A DNA stretch of 46,178 bases from Chiloscyllium plagiosum (taxonomy: Eukaryota): positions 1,449,218-1,495,395 of the forward strand of contig NC_057750.1 of the NCBI RefSeq assembly GCF_004010195.1, written 5' to 3'. A program made the translations under genes and the position numbers. Below the pieces are notes generated by a model. It had not been told where the DNA came from and searched no databases. It saw nothing but the letters and a program-made list of their open reading frames with translations. The first letter of the stretch is position 1, and every line of letters starts with the position of its first letter. Below are positions 1 to 11,557 of this stretch, one piece after another.

Positions 1-827
1 TCAGGTGTGGACCATCCTGTTTATAGAGGTCCCACCTTCCCCAGAAAGAACCCCAGTTATCCAGATACCGGAATCCCTCCCTCCTGCACCATCCCTGTAG
101 CCACGCATTTAACTGTTCTCTCTCCCTATTCCTCGACTCTCTATCACGTGGCACGGGTAACAAACCAGAGACAACAACTCTGTTCGTTCTAACTCTGAGC
201 TTCCAACCTAGCTCCCTGAAAGCCTGCCTAACACCCTCAGCGCTCCTCCTACCTATGTCGTTGGTGCCAATGTGGACCACAACTTCGGGCTGCTCCCCCT
301 GCCCCTTAAGGACCCGGAAAACACGATCAGAGACGTCACGTACCCTTGCACCTGGGAGGCAACATACCAAGCATGAGTCTCCCTCGCCCCCACAAAACCG
401 CCTATCTGTGCCCCGAACTATCGAGTCCCCAATTAGTATTGCTCTGCTCTTCTCCACCCTTCCGTTCTGAGCAACGGGGACAGGCTCTGTGCCAGACGCC
501 TGAACCCCGTTACTTACCCCTGGTAAGTCGTCCCCCCCACAAGTATCCAAAATGGTATACTTGTTCTTGAGGGGAACGGCCGCAGGGGGTCCCTGCGCTG
601 GCTGCTTCCTCCCAGTCCCCCTCACTGTCACCCATCTATCTTTCATCTTTGGAGTTACTACTTCCCTATAACTCTGATCTATGACCCCCTCTGCCTCCCG
701 AATGATCCTAAGTTCATCCAACTCCAGCTCCAGTTCCCTAACACGGTCTTGGAGGAGCTGGAGATGGGTGCACTTCCTGCAAGTGTAATCAGCAGGGACG
801 ACCATGGCATCCCTCACCTCAAACATA
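1..827 (-). mobile_element. 5' part of a young, near full-length CR1 LINE (5'-truncated inside ORF1; continues beyond the left edge)
   Basis: Carries the intact esterase ORF1 and retains many CpGs. Composition shifts abruptly to AT-rich flank at ~827. Confidence 0.85.
2..826 (-). CDS. CR1-clade LINE ORF1 protein (CxxC zinc-finger remnant + coiled coil + SGNH/GDSL esterase), open to the window edge
   Basis: Manual minus-strand translation from ATG at 826 gives 275 codons with no stop: MFEVRDAMVVPADYTCRKCTHLQLLQDRVRELELELDELRIIRE...AILIGDSIVRG...CCLPGARVRDV...VVVHIGTNDIG...VVVSGLLPVP...LNAWLQGWCRREGFRYLDNW...LYKQDGPHL. SGNH blocks I (GDS), II (G), III (GTND) and V (DxxH) are all present. Confidence 0.9.
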   Translation of the reverse strand, partial: MFEVRDAMVVPADYTCRKCTHLQLLQDRVRELELELDELRIIREAEGVIDQSYREVVTPKMKDRWVTVRGTGRKQPAQGPPAAVPLKNKYTILDTCGGDDLPGVSNGVQASGTEPVPVAQNGRVEKSRAILIGDSIVRGTDRRFCGGEGDSCLVCCLPGARVRDVSDRVFRVLKGQGEQPEVVVHIGTNDIGRRSAEGVRQAFRELGWKLRVRTNRVVVSGLLPVPRDRESRNREREQLNAWLQGWCRREGFRYLDNWGSFWGRWDLYKQDGPHL

Positions 828-874
828 TAAATAACTCTAACCCAGGCTGTATATGTAAGGCTAGCATAGTCAGC

Positions 875-1032
875 TGCTGATTAACTTTCAGCAATCTGGT
901 TCAGAGACAGATTAGTTCTAAGGGCAGTCAAAGGTTGTAGGGAGAATGGGGTTGAAAACCTATCAGCCATGATTGAATGGCAGGTCAGATTTGATGGGCT
1001 GAATGGCCTAATTTCCGCTCCTATGTCTTATG
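875..1032 (+). mobile_element. CR1 3' tail fragment
   Basis: 'tcagccatgattgaatg...gatgggctgaatggcctaatttccgctcctatgtcttatgg' matches the CR1 tails elsewhere in the window (e.g. 21141-21437, 44028-44178). Confidence 0.75.
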
Positions 1033-1493
1033 GCTGAAGGATCAAAGTCTCTGTAAGGTATGCTACAAGAGCGGACATACAGAAAGCCATTCCACAGCAG
1101 TGATTCAAAGCTAGGATGTGCAAAGGAGCCAGAATTGAGGAGTTCAGGGGCCTGAAAGGGCCAGGAGATGGTTATGGACAGATACAAATTGAGCAACAAG
1201 GATGAGGATCTTAAATCAGGGGCAATACTAGACTGCAGACCAATGTACAACAGCAGAAAGGTGATGGGGGAAGGGACCCTCAATATCTCTCCCATCTCCC
1301 ACCAGCTGATATGCAATTTTACTCGCATTTAACCTCAATTATCAGTTGTTCACAGATTCAGGCCAGCTCATAGTGTTTGACAGCTTTAATCATTATCATT
1401 TCAATGAATCTTTTATGAGAGTGTGAATGTACTGTGCACACAATACCATATTTACCCACATACAGGCTGACAGTCAGCTGCTAGCCTAACAAA

Positions 1494-1708
1494 ACTGAAA
1501 ATGTGTTGCTGGAAAAGCGCAGCAGGTCAGGCAGCATCCAAGGAGCAGGAGAATCGACGTTTCGGGCATAAGCCCGAAATTCCTGAAGAAGGGCTCATGC
1601 CCGAAACGTCGATTCTCCTGCTCCTTGGATGCTGCCTGATCTGCTGCATTTTTCCAGCAACACATTTTCAGCTCTGATCTCCAGCATCTGCAGTACTCAC
1701 TTTCTCCA
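1494..1708 (+). mobile_element. Penelope-derived self-inverted short element with TSD
   Basis: Inverted arms of ~80 bp plus the tail 'ctctgatctccagcatctgcagtactcactttctcc'. Flanked by gct(a/c)gcctaacaaa at 1480-1493 and 1709-1722. Confidence 0.85.
1579..1614 (+). ncRNA. Minimal type-I hammerhead ribozyme motif (PLE type)
   Basis: attc-CTGAAGA-A-GGGC(TCAT)GCCC-GAAA-CGTC-gatt. Predicted cleavage after GUC at 1610. Confidence 0.7.
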
Positions 1709-1743
1709 GCTCGCCTAACAAATCCAAGCTCCTTCTACTGGCC

Positions 1744-2260
1744 ATGATCGGCCATGATAGAATGATGGAATGGACTCGATGGTCAGAATGGCCTAATTCT
1801 GTTCCCATGCCTTATGGTCTTGGCCACTCACTGCCTACCGAAGCTCACCCTGGTGATTGGAGAATAGAACGGCTCAGCATTGAAGCAGGCAGCTCAGTCC
1901 CTCATGTCCCTGTATGTCACCACATGACAAGGAAGGTATGTGGTGTATTCCTGCAATCCCACACTGGAATATCGAGGAGGAAAGGCAGATACACAACCCA
2001 CTTCCAACTTTGTGTTATTTGAAAGGGAACAATGTGCAGGGTTACAGGGGAGGGAGGGCACTGGGTCAGAGCCAGAGCATACACGATGGGCAAAATGGCC
2101 TCTATCTGTGTTGTACGGATCCTGCGATTCTGAGGTAGAAACTAGGAACAGGACAGGCCATTCAGCCCTCCCAGCCCGCTGCACCATTTAATATGATCAT
2201 GGCGAGTTCTTTACTTCAGTACCATTTTCCTACTTTCTCTCCACCCCTTGATGTCATTAA
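1744..2260. mobile_element. Cluster of short CR1 3' tail fragments (1744-1820 +, ~2010-2130 +, ~2135-2260 -)
   Basis: Tail motifs 'gatggtcagaatggcctaattctgttccc', 'gatgggcaaaatggcctctatctgtg' and the reverse 'aggccattcagccc'. Confidence 0.6.
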
Positions 2261-3579
2261 CAAATATTTATGCAGCAGCTCAAGATTTCAGAAGCATTGT
2301 TAGAGTTTGCATGAAGCTCCTTCCGCAGCTTAGACAAGTGCCTTAGAATGAATACACAGACCGTGGAAAGGCCAGTAGTTGGCCGCAGTTGGAAGACAAA
2401 TGTTCCAAAAATATGTCAATGAAAATCCTCAGAGTGGACTCGCAGTTTCTCAGGGTCCATCTGAATCTTCAAACTGAAATGAGCAAAACATTCAGGCATC
2501 AGAGATTCCTCAGCCAGCCACACGGGCTCTACCAGGTTGGTGAAGTGAACGATTTTTGTCTTGCAAAAGGAGTCCAAGATTTCACAGCACATTGCAACAG
2601 AACTGGGGCTTTTAATCAGTTACTGAGAGACTTTGCAATTTGTGAACCAGTCACTCTGTGCTGTCAGAGTGAGAAGTGCCTGAAGGAAAGAGATTGAAGG
2701 ACAGCAAAAGGACCATCTCAGTGAAGCTTGGGGACAGAATCCATTGAACTGCCTGCTCAGATTTTCCGACCAATAATACCAACTTTTGTTTTGTGTGTGT
2801 GTGCGTACGTGCGTGTGTAAGGGGACTTTTATAACGGATTTACACTTTAACTAACAGTTATATGCCAACAATTCAGGTTTATTTATTTGAAATGAATGCT
2901 AATTCTTGTTGAGTGCAGAAACCTGGGTCCAAAAGACAGGAAAAATACAGGAATTTACATACTTTTATAACACCTATAATTTTGCTGATGACCCTAATAA
3001 TAGCAAGGTTTGACTCCCAGTGAATTGCCCCCAGCAAGCTGTGACATTGTACAACAATTCCCAAATAGTGTAGTCATCCTCATTCATGACAAAAGGACAG
3101 ATAGATGAAGGTGGCTTTAAAAAAGAGACTTTGGAGCATCTCACCAGGAAGTAATACAAAGAAAAGACGCTTGGATGTCTCTTCAAAAAGTACCCTTCAA
3201 AGATAACATTATGGAAAGAAGTGGCATTATTTGACTTTTACATGAGCTGACATGATATTCCTATGTAAAAAGTCATTTAATTTCCTTCAATTTTATGAAA
3301 TAACTGTGTTTAGTTTTGGTGGTAATATTTCCCAAAATGAGCTTGATCTGTTTGGACTGAGTATTGTAATGAGGTTTCATTACTTTGGATTAGTAACACA
3401 CTGATTGTAAGAACTGTAAGTAGCATTGATGAGAATGCTTTGTTATATCCAGGAAACAATTTGCTTCTGATTGTTAATAAACTTTGATTTTTACATTTGA
3501 TTAAAGTTAATGGACCTATGTTTGCTCTCAGTTGGACTCTTCCTTCTCAGGTAGCTTGCTTGAGTCAGGAGGTTGTATA

Positions 3580-4848
3580 CAGTCAGAGAGTCATAGAGAC
3601 GTACAGCACGGAAACAGACCCTTCAGTCCAACCCGTCCTTGCCAAATAGATATCCTAAATTAATCTACCCCCATTGCCAGCATTTGACCCATATCCCTCT
3701 AAACCCTTCCAATTCATATACCCATCCAGATGCCTTTTAAATGCTGTAATTATACCAGCCTCCACCACTTCCTCTGGCAGCTCATTCCATGCACGTACCA
3801 CCCTCTGTGTAAATATGTTGTTCCTTAGGTCCCTTTTATATCTTTTAAACCCTATCCCAGGCCCCTCATGATTTTATAAACCTCTATAAGGTCACCCTTC
3901 AGCCTCCGACGCTCCAGGGAAAACAGCCCCAGCCTGTTCAGCCTCTCCCTGTAGCTCAGATCCTCCAACCCTGGCAACATCCTTGTAAATCTTTTCTAAA
4001 TCCTCTCAAGTTTCACAACATCTTTCCTATAGCAGGGAGACCAGAATTGCACGCAATATTCCAAAAATGGCCTCACCAATGTCCTGTACAGCCGCAACAT
4101 GACCTCCCAACTCCTGTACACAATACTCTGACCAATAAAGGAAAGCATCCCAAAAGCCTTCTTCACTATCCTATCTACCTGCAACTCCACTTTCAAGGAG
4201 CTATGAACCTGCACTCCAAGGTCTCTTTGTTCAGCAACACTCCCCATGACCTTACCACTAAGTGTATAAGAAATAAGTGAGGACTGCAGATGCTGGAGAC
4301 CAGAGTTGAAAAGTGTGGTGCTGGAAAAGTGCAGCAGGCCAGGCAGGATTCATTCCTGAAGAAGGGCTTATGCCCGAAACGTCGATTCTCCTGCTCCTCG
4401 GATGCTGCCTGGCCATGAAGTGTATAAGTCCTGCTCTGATTTGCCTTTCCCAAAATGCAGCACCTCGCATTTATCTAAATTAAACTCCATCTGCCACTCC
4501 TCAGCCCATTGGCCCATCTGATCAAGATCCCATTGTAATCTGAGGTAACCTCCTTCGCTGCCCACTACACTTCCAATTTTGGTGTCATCTGCAAACTTAC
4601 TAACTATCCCTCCTATGTTCATATCCAAATTATTTATATAAATGAAGAAAAGTAGAGGACCCAGCACCGATCCTTGTGGCATACCACTAGTCACAGGCCT
4701 CCAGTCTGTAAAGCAACCCTCCACCACCCTCTGTCTTCTACCTTCGAGCCAGTTCTGTATCCAAATGGCTAGTTCTCCCTGTATTCCGTGAGACCTAACC
4801 TTGCTAACCAGTCTACCATGGGGAACCTTGTTGAACGCCTTACTGAAG
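3580..4848 (-). mobile_element. 5'-truncated CR1 LINE (RT C-terminal half + 3' UTR), decayed
   Basis: FSKAFNKVPHGRL, SGMPQGSVLGPLLF, SKFADDTKIG, WQMEFNLDKCEVLHFGK, LYRTLVRPFLEYCVQFWSP. The tail ends near 3580. Confidence 0.92.
4271..4417 (-). mobile_element. PLE-derived short element nested in CR1; hammerhead core on + strand at 4352-4387
   Basis: Perfect 11-bp TSD aagtgtataag (4260-4270, 4418-4428). Core: CTGAAGA-A-GGGC(TTAT)GCCC-GAAA-CGTC. Confidence 0.88.
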
Positions 4849-5102
4849 CACTTCAAAAAGCTGATGGTGATGAAGAAAAGTCATCATGGTTTTGTGAAAG
4901 AGGAATCATGTATGTCCAATTTAACAGAGAACTATGAAAGACTGTCATACACAGTGGATGCAGGGGACCCTGTCAGCGTACCGTCCTTAGATTTCCAGAA
5001 GGCATTTGATAAGGTGCCACATCCAAGGATATTTCACAAAGCAACTCATGGTTTAGGTGTAACATACTAACATGGGTAGGAGATTGGCTGGCTGACAGAA
5101 AG

Positions 5103-5293
5103 AGCTGAAAAATGTGTTGCTGGAAAGGCACAGCAGGTCAGGCAACATCCAAGGAGCAGGAGAATCGAGTTTCGGGTATAAGCCCTTCTTCAGGAATATC
5201 CTGCTCCTTGGATGCTGCCTCCTGACCTGCTGCACTTTTCCAGCAACACATTTTTCAGCTCTGATCTCCAGCATCTGCAGTCCTCACTTTCTC
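5103..5293 (+). mobile_element. PLE-derived self-inverted short element nested in CR1
   Basis: TSD ctg(g/a)ctgacagaaag at 5088-5102 and 5294-5308. Degenerate hammerhead core on the minus arm (ttcttcagg). Confidence 0.85.
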
Positions 5294-5417
5294 CTGACTG
5301 ACAGAAAGCAGAGTATGTGGAATTGAATCTTTGTCCGATTGCCAGGATGTGATGAGGGATGTGTCACAGAGGTCTGTGCTGGGGCCCAAACCTTCGATAA
5401 TTGACAGCAATGACATC

Positions 5418-5473
5418 CTCCTGTTCCCTGGATGCTGCCTGACCTGCTGTGCTGTTCCAGCAATAAAGTTTCA
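5418..5473 (+). mobile_element. 56-bp minimal PLE-end insertion
   Basis: Perfect 14-bp TSD acagcaatgacatc (5404-5417, 5474-5487) around 'ctcctgttccctggatgctgcctgacctgctgtgctgttccagcaataaagtttca'. Confidence 0.85.
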
Positions 5474-5629
5474 ACAGCAATGACATCACGGAGAGGAGTG
5501 AAGGTATGGGAGCTAAATCTACAGACAACATCGAGACGGACAGGAAAGCACTTTCTGAATGAGAAATGAGGAAGCTACAAGTGGATATAGCCGGATTGAT
5601 TGTGAGGACAAAACTCTGGCAGATAAGAC

Positions 5630-7570
5630 TGTAACAAATAGGGATAGGAACAGGCCATTCAGCCCCTCCATTCTGCAGTCCTCCACTCCACTTTCCTACC
5701 CTTTCCCTTTCCTTAATTCCCGACTGGTCAAGCATCTGTCTCATCCTCAAATATACACATAGGCACTGCCCCTACAGCTCTCTGGGGCAAGGAGTTCCAA
5801 AGACTCACAACCCTCTGAGGGAAGAAATTCCTCCCCATCTCCGTCTGAAATTGGACCCTTTCCACTGAGACTGGGCCCTCTGGTCCTAGACTCTCCCACA
5901 AGAGGAAACATTTTCTCAGTCTGTCAAGGCCCTTTAGAATCGTATGTTTCCCTAAGACCATTAGGTATAGGAGCAGAATTAGGCCATTTAGCCCATCAGG
6001 TCTTGTCTGCCATTCCATTATAGATGGTATGTTTCTCAATCCTATTCTCCTGTCTTCTCCTGGTAACCCCTGATCCCCTTACCAATCAAGAACTGTCTAC
6101 CTCAATGATTTGGCCTCCTCAGCCCTCATTGGCAATGATTTCCAGGATCACCACCTCTGGCTGAAAAAATTCCTGCTCATCTCAGTTCAAAAGGGTCATC
6201 CCTTCAGTTTGAGGCTCTGTCCTTGGGTCCCAGTCTCTCCTTCTAGTAGAACCATCTTCTCCACGCCCACTCTATCCAGGCCTTTCAGTATTCTGTAAGC
6301 TTCAGTCAGATCCCCCCTTATCCTTCGAAACTCCATTGAATACAGACCCAGAGTCTTCAACTGCTCCTCATGTGACAAGTCCTCCATTCCCAGGATCATT
6401 CTTGTAAACATCCCCTGGACCTCCTCCAATACCAGCACATCCTTCCTTAAGATACAGAGCCCAAACCTGCTCATAATATTCCAAATGTAGTCTGACCAGA
6501 GTCTTATACAGCCTCAGCAGTATAACCCTACTTTTGTATTATAATCCTCTTAAAATGAATGCTAACATTACATTTGCCTTCCTAACTGCCAACTGGACCT
6601 GCATGTTAGCCTGAAGAGAATCCTGAGCTATGATTCCAGAGTCTCTTTGTGCTTTAGGTTTCCAAAGCCTATTCTTCTGATCAAAGTGTATAACCTCACA
6701 CTTTCTCACATCGTATCTGCCACTTCCATGCCCGCTCTCCCAGCCTGTCCAAGTCCTTCTGCAGCCTCCCCACTCCCTCAACACTACCTATCTCTCCACC
6801 TGTCTTTGTGTCATCTGCAAACCTCGCAACAATGTCCTCAGTTCCGTCATCCAGATCATTAATGAACGTTTCAACGAGATCTCTCATTGTTCTAAACCCC
6901 AGTGAGTAGATGCCCAACCTGTTTAATCTATGATCATAAGATAATCCCTCAATACCAGGGATCATCCCAGTGATCCTTCAGTGAACTGCCTCCAATGAAA
7001 TATTTCCTCACATGAGGGGACCAGAACAGCTCTCATTATTCCAGATGTGATCTCCCCAACCCCTTGTCCAGTTGCAGTAAGACTTCCCTACTCTTATAGT
7101 CGAGAGTGTGGTGCTGGAAAAGCACAGTAGGTCAGGCAGCATCCGAGGAGCAGGAGAATTGACATTTCGATCATTCCTGATGAAGGGCTTATGCCCGAAA
7201 CATTGAACCTCCTGCTCCTCAGATGCTGTCTGAGCTGCTGTGCTTTTCCAACACCACACTCTCGACTCTAATCTGTAGCATCTTGCAGTCCTCATTTTCC
7301 CTATTCTTATACTCCAACCCCCTTGAAGCATTCGATGACCCTTCCTGATTACCTCCTGTCTCTGTGTGCCAGCTTTCTGTGGTTAATAAACACACACAGT
7401 GAATCCCTTAGCGTTGCAGCTTTCTACGGTGTCTCTCCGTTTAAATAATATTCTGTTCTTTTGATCTCCCTCCCAAACTGAGCAACTTCACATTTTCCCA
7501 CATTATGCCCCATTTGCCGACTGCTTGCCCACTTACCAAACCTATCCATATCTCTTGGTAAACTGCTGGA
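5630..7570 (-). mobile_element. Stack of several decayed CR1 3' fragments
   Basis: NFFPQRVVSLWNSLP, RRIRGDLTEAYRILKGLD, ARFADDTKTGG, MIPGIEGLSYDHRLNRLG and NVGKCEV motifs in minus ORFs; at least two separate tails (~5630, ~5955). Confidence 0.85.
7099..7296 (+). mobile_element. PLE-derived self-inverted short element nested in CR1
   Basis: TSD ttcccta(c/t)tcttata at 7084-7098 and 7297-7311. Core CTGATGA-A-GGGC(TTAT)GCCC-GAAA-CATT (CpG-decayed). Confidence 0.85.
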
Positions 7571-8370
7571 ATATAATGTGGGAAAATTGGGAGTTGTGTG
7601 CTTTAGCAGCAAGAATAAAAAAGCTGAATTTTAATTAAACAGAGAACAACTGCAGAATTCCAATGTGCAGAGGGGCCTCGGTGCATGAATCACAAAACAT
7701 TAACATGCAGGCACAGCATGTAATTCGAAAATGAATGCAATTCTATTCCTTATATCAAGAGGAATTGAGCATAATATTGAGGAAGTTATGTTTCAGTTAA
7801 ATAAGGGCTTTGCTGAGGCTACATCGTGAACACTGTGTGTAATTTTGGTCTCCTTATTGAAGGAACTATGTAAATGCACTGGAGGTGGTTCAGAGGGGGT
7901 TTACTGGATTGGTCTCTGGAAGGTGAGGATTGTTTGATGGGGAAAGGTTGGACAGACTGGGCCTGTCCCCACTGGGGGTTACAGAGTGAGGGGGTGATCT
8001 GATTGGAGTGTATCAGATCCTGAATGGTCTGGGACATGGTGGCTGGGGAAAGGATGGTCCCTCTGGTGGGTCAGTCTGGAACTAGGGGGCACTGATTAAA
8101 ATGAGGGGTCACCCTTTCAGGGCAGGGATGAGGCAAATGTTGTTCTCTCCAGAGGGTTGTGAAACTTTGGAACTCTCTGCCTCAGAGTGGAAACGGTTCA
8201 TTGATTATTCTTAAAACAGAGGTGGGTGGTTTCACAGGAGGGAGAGGCATCAAGAGCTATCAGGGCGATGGTGGAATTTGGAAAACCCAAGCAAATCAAC
8301 CTTGAGCTTCTTTACTGGTGGGACAGGTTCGAGGGGCTGAGTGGCCTCCTCCTGCTCCGATTATGCTTGT
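7570..8370 (+). mobile_element. Decayed CR1 3' fragment
   Basis: Degenerate 'tgtgtgtaattttggtctcct' and 'ttctctccagagggttgtgaaactttggaactctct', with tail 'gaggggctgagtggcctcctcctgctcc'. Confidence 0.75.
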
Positions 8371-8739
8371 GGGATCGAACTGTGTGCAAAAGCTTTCTCT
8401 GTCTGAGAGGGAGATACCCAGCCCATGAAGTCTGCAAACGTCACAAGGGTTGGGGCAAAGTGGTCAATCCTGTCACCATTGACGCTGTAAAATCATAAGA
8501 AATAGGAACAGGAGTAGGCCATTCGGCCCTTCAAGCCTGTTCTACCATTCATGGTTGATCTGACTCTGACAATGTGAATAACTCTGAATCCCAAAGCACA
8601 CAGTATGGCCAGTTAAACTTCCATTTAACCAGCTGCACCATTTGACCAGTTTTAACTCAGGAGGCAGTCCTTCCAATATCCAGATCAAAGACATGGAGGA
8701 GATTCCGCCTCTGACAAGGCCTCACAATCTCTGCCCAGA

Positions 8740-9062
8740 TCTTCACACCAATGCTCCTCAGACAGCACCTTCCAAACCCACAACCACTTCCATCAAGAAG
8801 GACAAGGGCAGCAGATACATGGGAACACCACCCCCTGCAAGTTCCCCTCTGAGCCCCTCCCCATCCTGACTTGGAAGTATATCCCATTCCTTCAGTGTCG
8901 CTGGGTCAGAATCCTGGAATTCCTTCCCTAAGGGCATTGTGGGTCAACCCACAGCACATGGACTGCAGCGGTTCAAGAAGGCAGCTCACACCCACCTTCT
9001 CAAGGGGCAACTAGGGACAGGGTAATAAATGCTGACTTAATCAGCAAGGCCCATGTCCCATG
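8740..9062 (+). mobile_element. 3' end of a second LINE family (CR1/L2 group)
   Basis: Near-identical reverse-complement copy at 29565-29850. Ends in 'aataaatgctg...cccatgtccc', a tail shared with the SINEs at 12096 and 28790. Confidence 0.7.
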
Positions 9063-9767
9063 AGGAAAAGGAAACAATTGAATCAGGTAGGGGTGACTCA
9101 GGACCACAATATAATGCCCTCCTCCCCTTCATGGCATCACATGGTCTTCTCCACCTGGTCTATGCCATGCCCTGATGGACAGGGGACGTTCAGAACAACC
9201 CTCAGAGCTCTTTGTAGCAAATCCCAGTTAAAATGCAGCAATCTCATTGATAATAGGAGGGAGTGATTGAACAGAATAATCAGGCTGCTACCTGCTTATT
9301 TTACAATCCCCATCCAGCAGGGTATGAAGTGATAGATTGGCAGGGCGACAATGAGCATGCTGGGATGAGAAATATTTTCCCAGGATCAGCTTCCAGGCTC
9401 AGTACTGCAGTTTAATGTTTCCTATTTATAGTAACCTTAGCAGTACATTGTCCCTTGTTTCCCACACTGTTTAATACACCACACATCTTCATCGCACTGT
9501 CTCCCCGTGTTCTTTCAGTTATCTCTGTTCACACATGCCGTCACGAGAGGTGCAATTTGAATTTAGATTTTCACACTCAAAGATAGAGACACTGCCCTGA
9601 ACCACAAGCGACCCACTCACTCCTGTTTAATATTCCTACTACTGCATTCCTGGAACTAACCCCTGTCTTTTGGAGCGAGGTTGTTGAAGATGGTGGTTCA
9701 TCTCCATCTTCTGAAGAGCAGCTCAGAATGGACCATAAATGTCAGTCCGGCCATCAATGCCAATATC

Positions 9768-10372
9768 CTGTGGCTCAGTGATGAGCACTGCTGCCTCACA
9801 GTGCCAGGGACCCAGGTTCGATCCCAGCCTCGGGCCACTGTCTGTGTGGAGTTTGCACATTCTCCCCGTGTCTGCATGGGTTTCCTCCCACAGACCAAAG
9901 CTGTGCAGGTCAGGGGTGGATTGACCATGGGAAGTTGCACATTGTGTTCAGGGATGTGCAGGTTAGGGTGGATTCACCATGGTCGAGAGTGTGGTGCTGG
10001 AAAAGCGCAGCAGGTCAGGCAGCATCCAAGGAGCAGGAGAATCGACTTTTCAGGCATAAGTCCTTCATTATGTCCAAAACATCGATTCTCCTCCTCCTTG
10101 GATGCTGCCTGACCTGCTGCGCTTTTCCAGCACCACACTCTCGACTCTGATCTCCAGCATCTGCAGCCCTCGCTTTCTACGAGTGGATTCACCATGGGGA
10201 ATAGTCCATTGTGTGCATCAAAGTGTAAGCTAAGTGGGTTGACCATGTTAAATTGCCCTGTGGTGTGCAGGTTGGTTGGGTTAGTCATGTGGGGTTATGG
10301 GGAGATGGTCTGGTTGGATGGCCATCGTAGGGTTGGAGCAAATGGCCATTTTTGCGCTGTAGGGATTCTATG
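9768..10372 (+). mobile_element. HE1-type tRNA-derived V-SINE
   Basis: A box tggctcagtg, B box ggttcgatcc, V-domain 'gtggagtttgcacattctccccgtgtctgc...gggtttcctcccacag', CR1-like tail 'tgtagggattctatga'. Confidence 0.85.
9983..10182 (+). mobile_element. PLE-derived self-inverted short element nested in the SINE
   Basis: Perfect 15-bp TSD gtggattcaccatgg (9968-9982, 10183-10197). Confidence 0.88.
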
Positions 10373-11557
10373 AATAATAAAAAAATTACATTTCATCCAT
10401 GCTTCAACAGAGGGATTATCAACATAATTTTATATCATCCTTTCAATTGTTTTATTGAATTGCCTTAAACATACAGAGCTATCGCTGAAGTCCTAACTGA
10501 TAGCTACAATTCAACATCATTCACCATACAAGAGCTGTTTACAGCCAGAAAACTATCAGATCTGACCTTAACATTTACAGCTCAACTAAAAATATCTTCA
10601 AATTCTTTGCAGGTCTCTGACAGCTTCTCCCTGGTAACGTCACAGAGAATCAAATGTGCTTATCCTTCCCAGTGTTGTATATCGGTTCTGTAATTTGTTA
10701 TCCAGACTGCACATGTTCACCTCTACAGATCCACAAAGCTCTTGTAAAAACCTGTGATTGATAGAATCTAACTGGTTTGAATGGGAAAAATGGCGATTGG
10801 CCAACAATGGGGAGCATTGGAACATATGGAATACATCAGTTACAAATCAATATGGTGGGTATGGAAAGAGAGGGAACAACAGAGTGCAGAGAGACAGAAA
10901 TAGATTCATGTCATATCCAAGAATGAGTCCCTGATCCAAAATGTGAACCTTGGCTTAGGATAGGCTTTCATTATCACAGGAATGGTAGTTTCAGCCTCAT
11001 AACCAGAATAATCTCTCACTCGCCAGCAATTTTAGAGAACTGTTGGAATTAGTAACACAATTGCGGTACACAGAATGTACCATTCAGTATGGGCTTGGAT
11101 ATCCCTTACAGTGACAGCAAAACTGTCTGCATTTCTCATCATTACCCCATTGAAAGTGACAGAGACTGCTGGTGTACACACTCCCCCACAGAGTAATGAA
11201 ACTATTCAGAAGTTGCTAGCAGTGATTTTTTACACTGCAGCCTCCCTCACAATCATGATCTGGTGAAAAATGTCACTTTAACACTTTTAATTTCATTGTT
11301 AAAGTAGTACCTTGCTGATTGAGATACAACCAGGTTCTAAACATCGTACCAGTTATTAAACTACCATTAAATACCCTCTCTGGCCTTGAAAAACTCATTT
11401 TACATTTGTGGCATGTCAAATATCTCCACAACAATATTAAAAAATCCACAATGTTTTTTAAATGCTTGTTTATTTTAATTTCCACCTTAATCAAACCAGA
11501 ATATTTTGTTTCACCACCTGGAAAGCTAAGTTAAAAGTTAAGACTATTAGATGTTTT

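Larger units (their letters stand above)
4850..5620 (+). mobile_element. Older CR1 RT fragment
   Basis: HHGFVKEESCMSNL...LDFQKAFDKVPH in ORF 4801-5070; downstream 'gtgtcacagaggtctgtgctggggcc' is a decayed VPQGSVLGP. Confidence 0.8.

Noticed and set aside
7..570. Plus-strand ORFs at the left edge
   Set aside because: Antisense shadows of the minus-strand CR1 ORF1.
1494..1708. Interpretation as a MITE/DNA transposon or pre-miRNA
   Set aside because: The inversion is asymmetric with an unpaired tail, arm lengths vary, TSDs are long and variable, and a hammerhead core is present. These fit a PLE origin better.
2389..3500. 102-aa ORF and downstream AT-rich region with AATAAA (3476)
   Set aside because: No recognisable domain or convincing splice structure; may include an old LTR remnant ending at ~2971.
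9935..10288. Recurrent peptide 'WCWKSAAGQAASKEQENRRF' on both strands
   Set aside because: Translation of the palindromic PLE-derived repeat, not a protein family.
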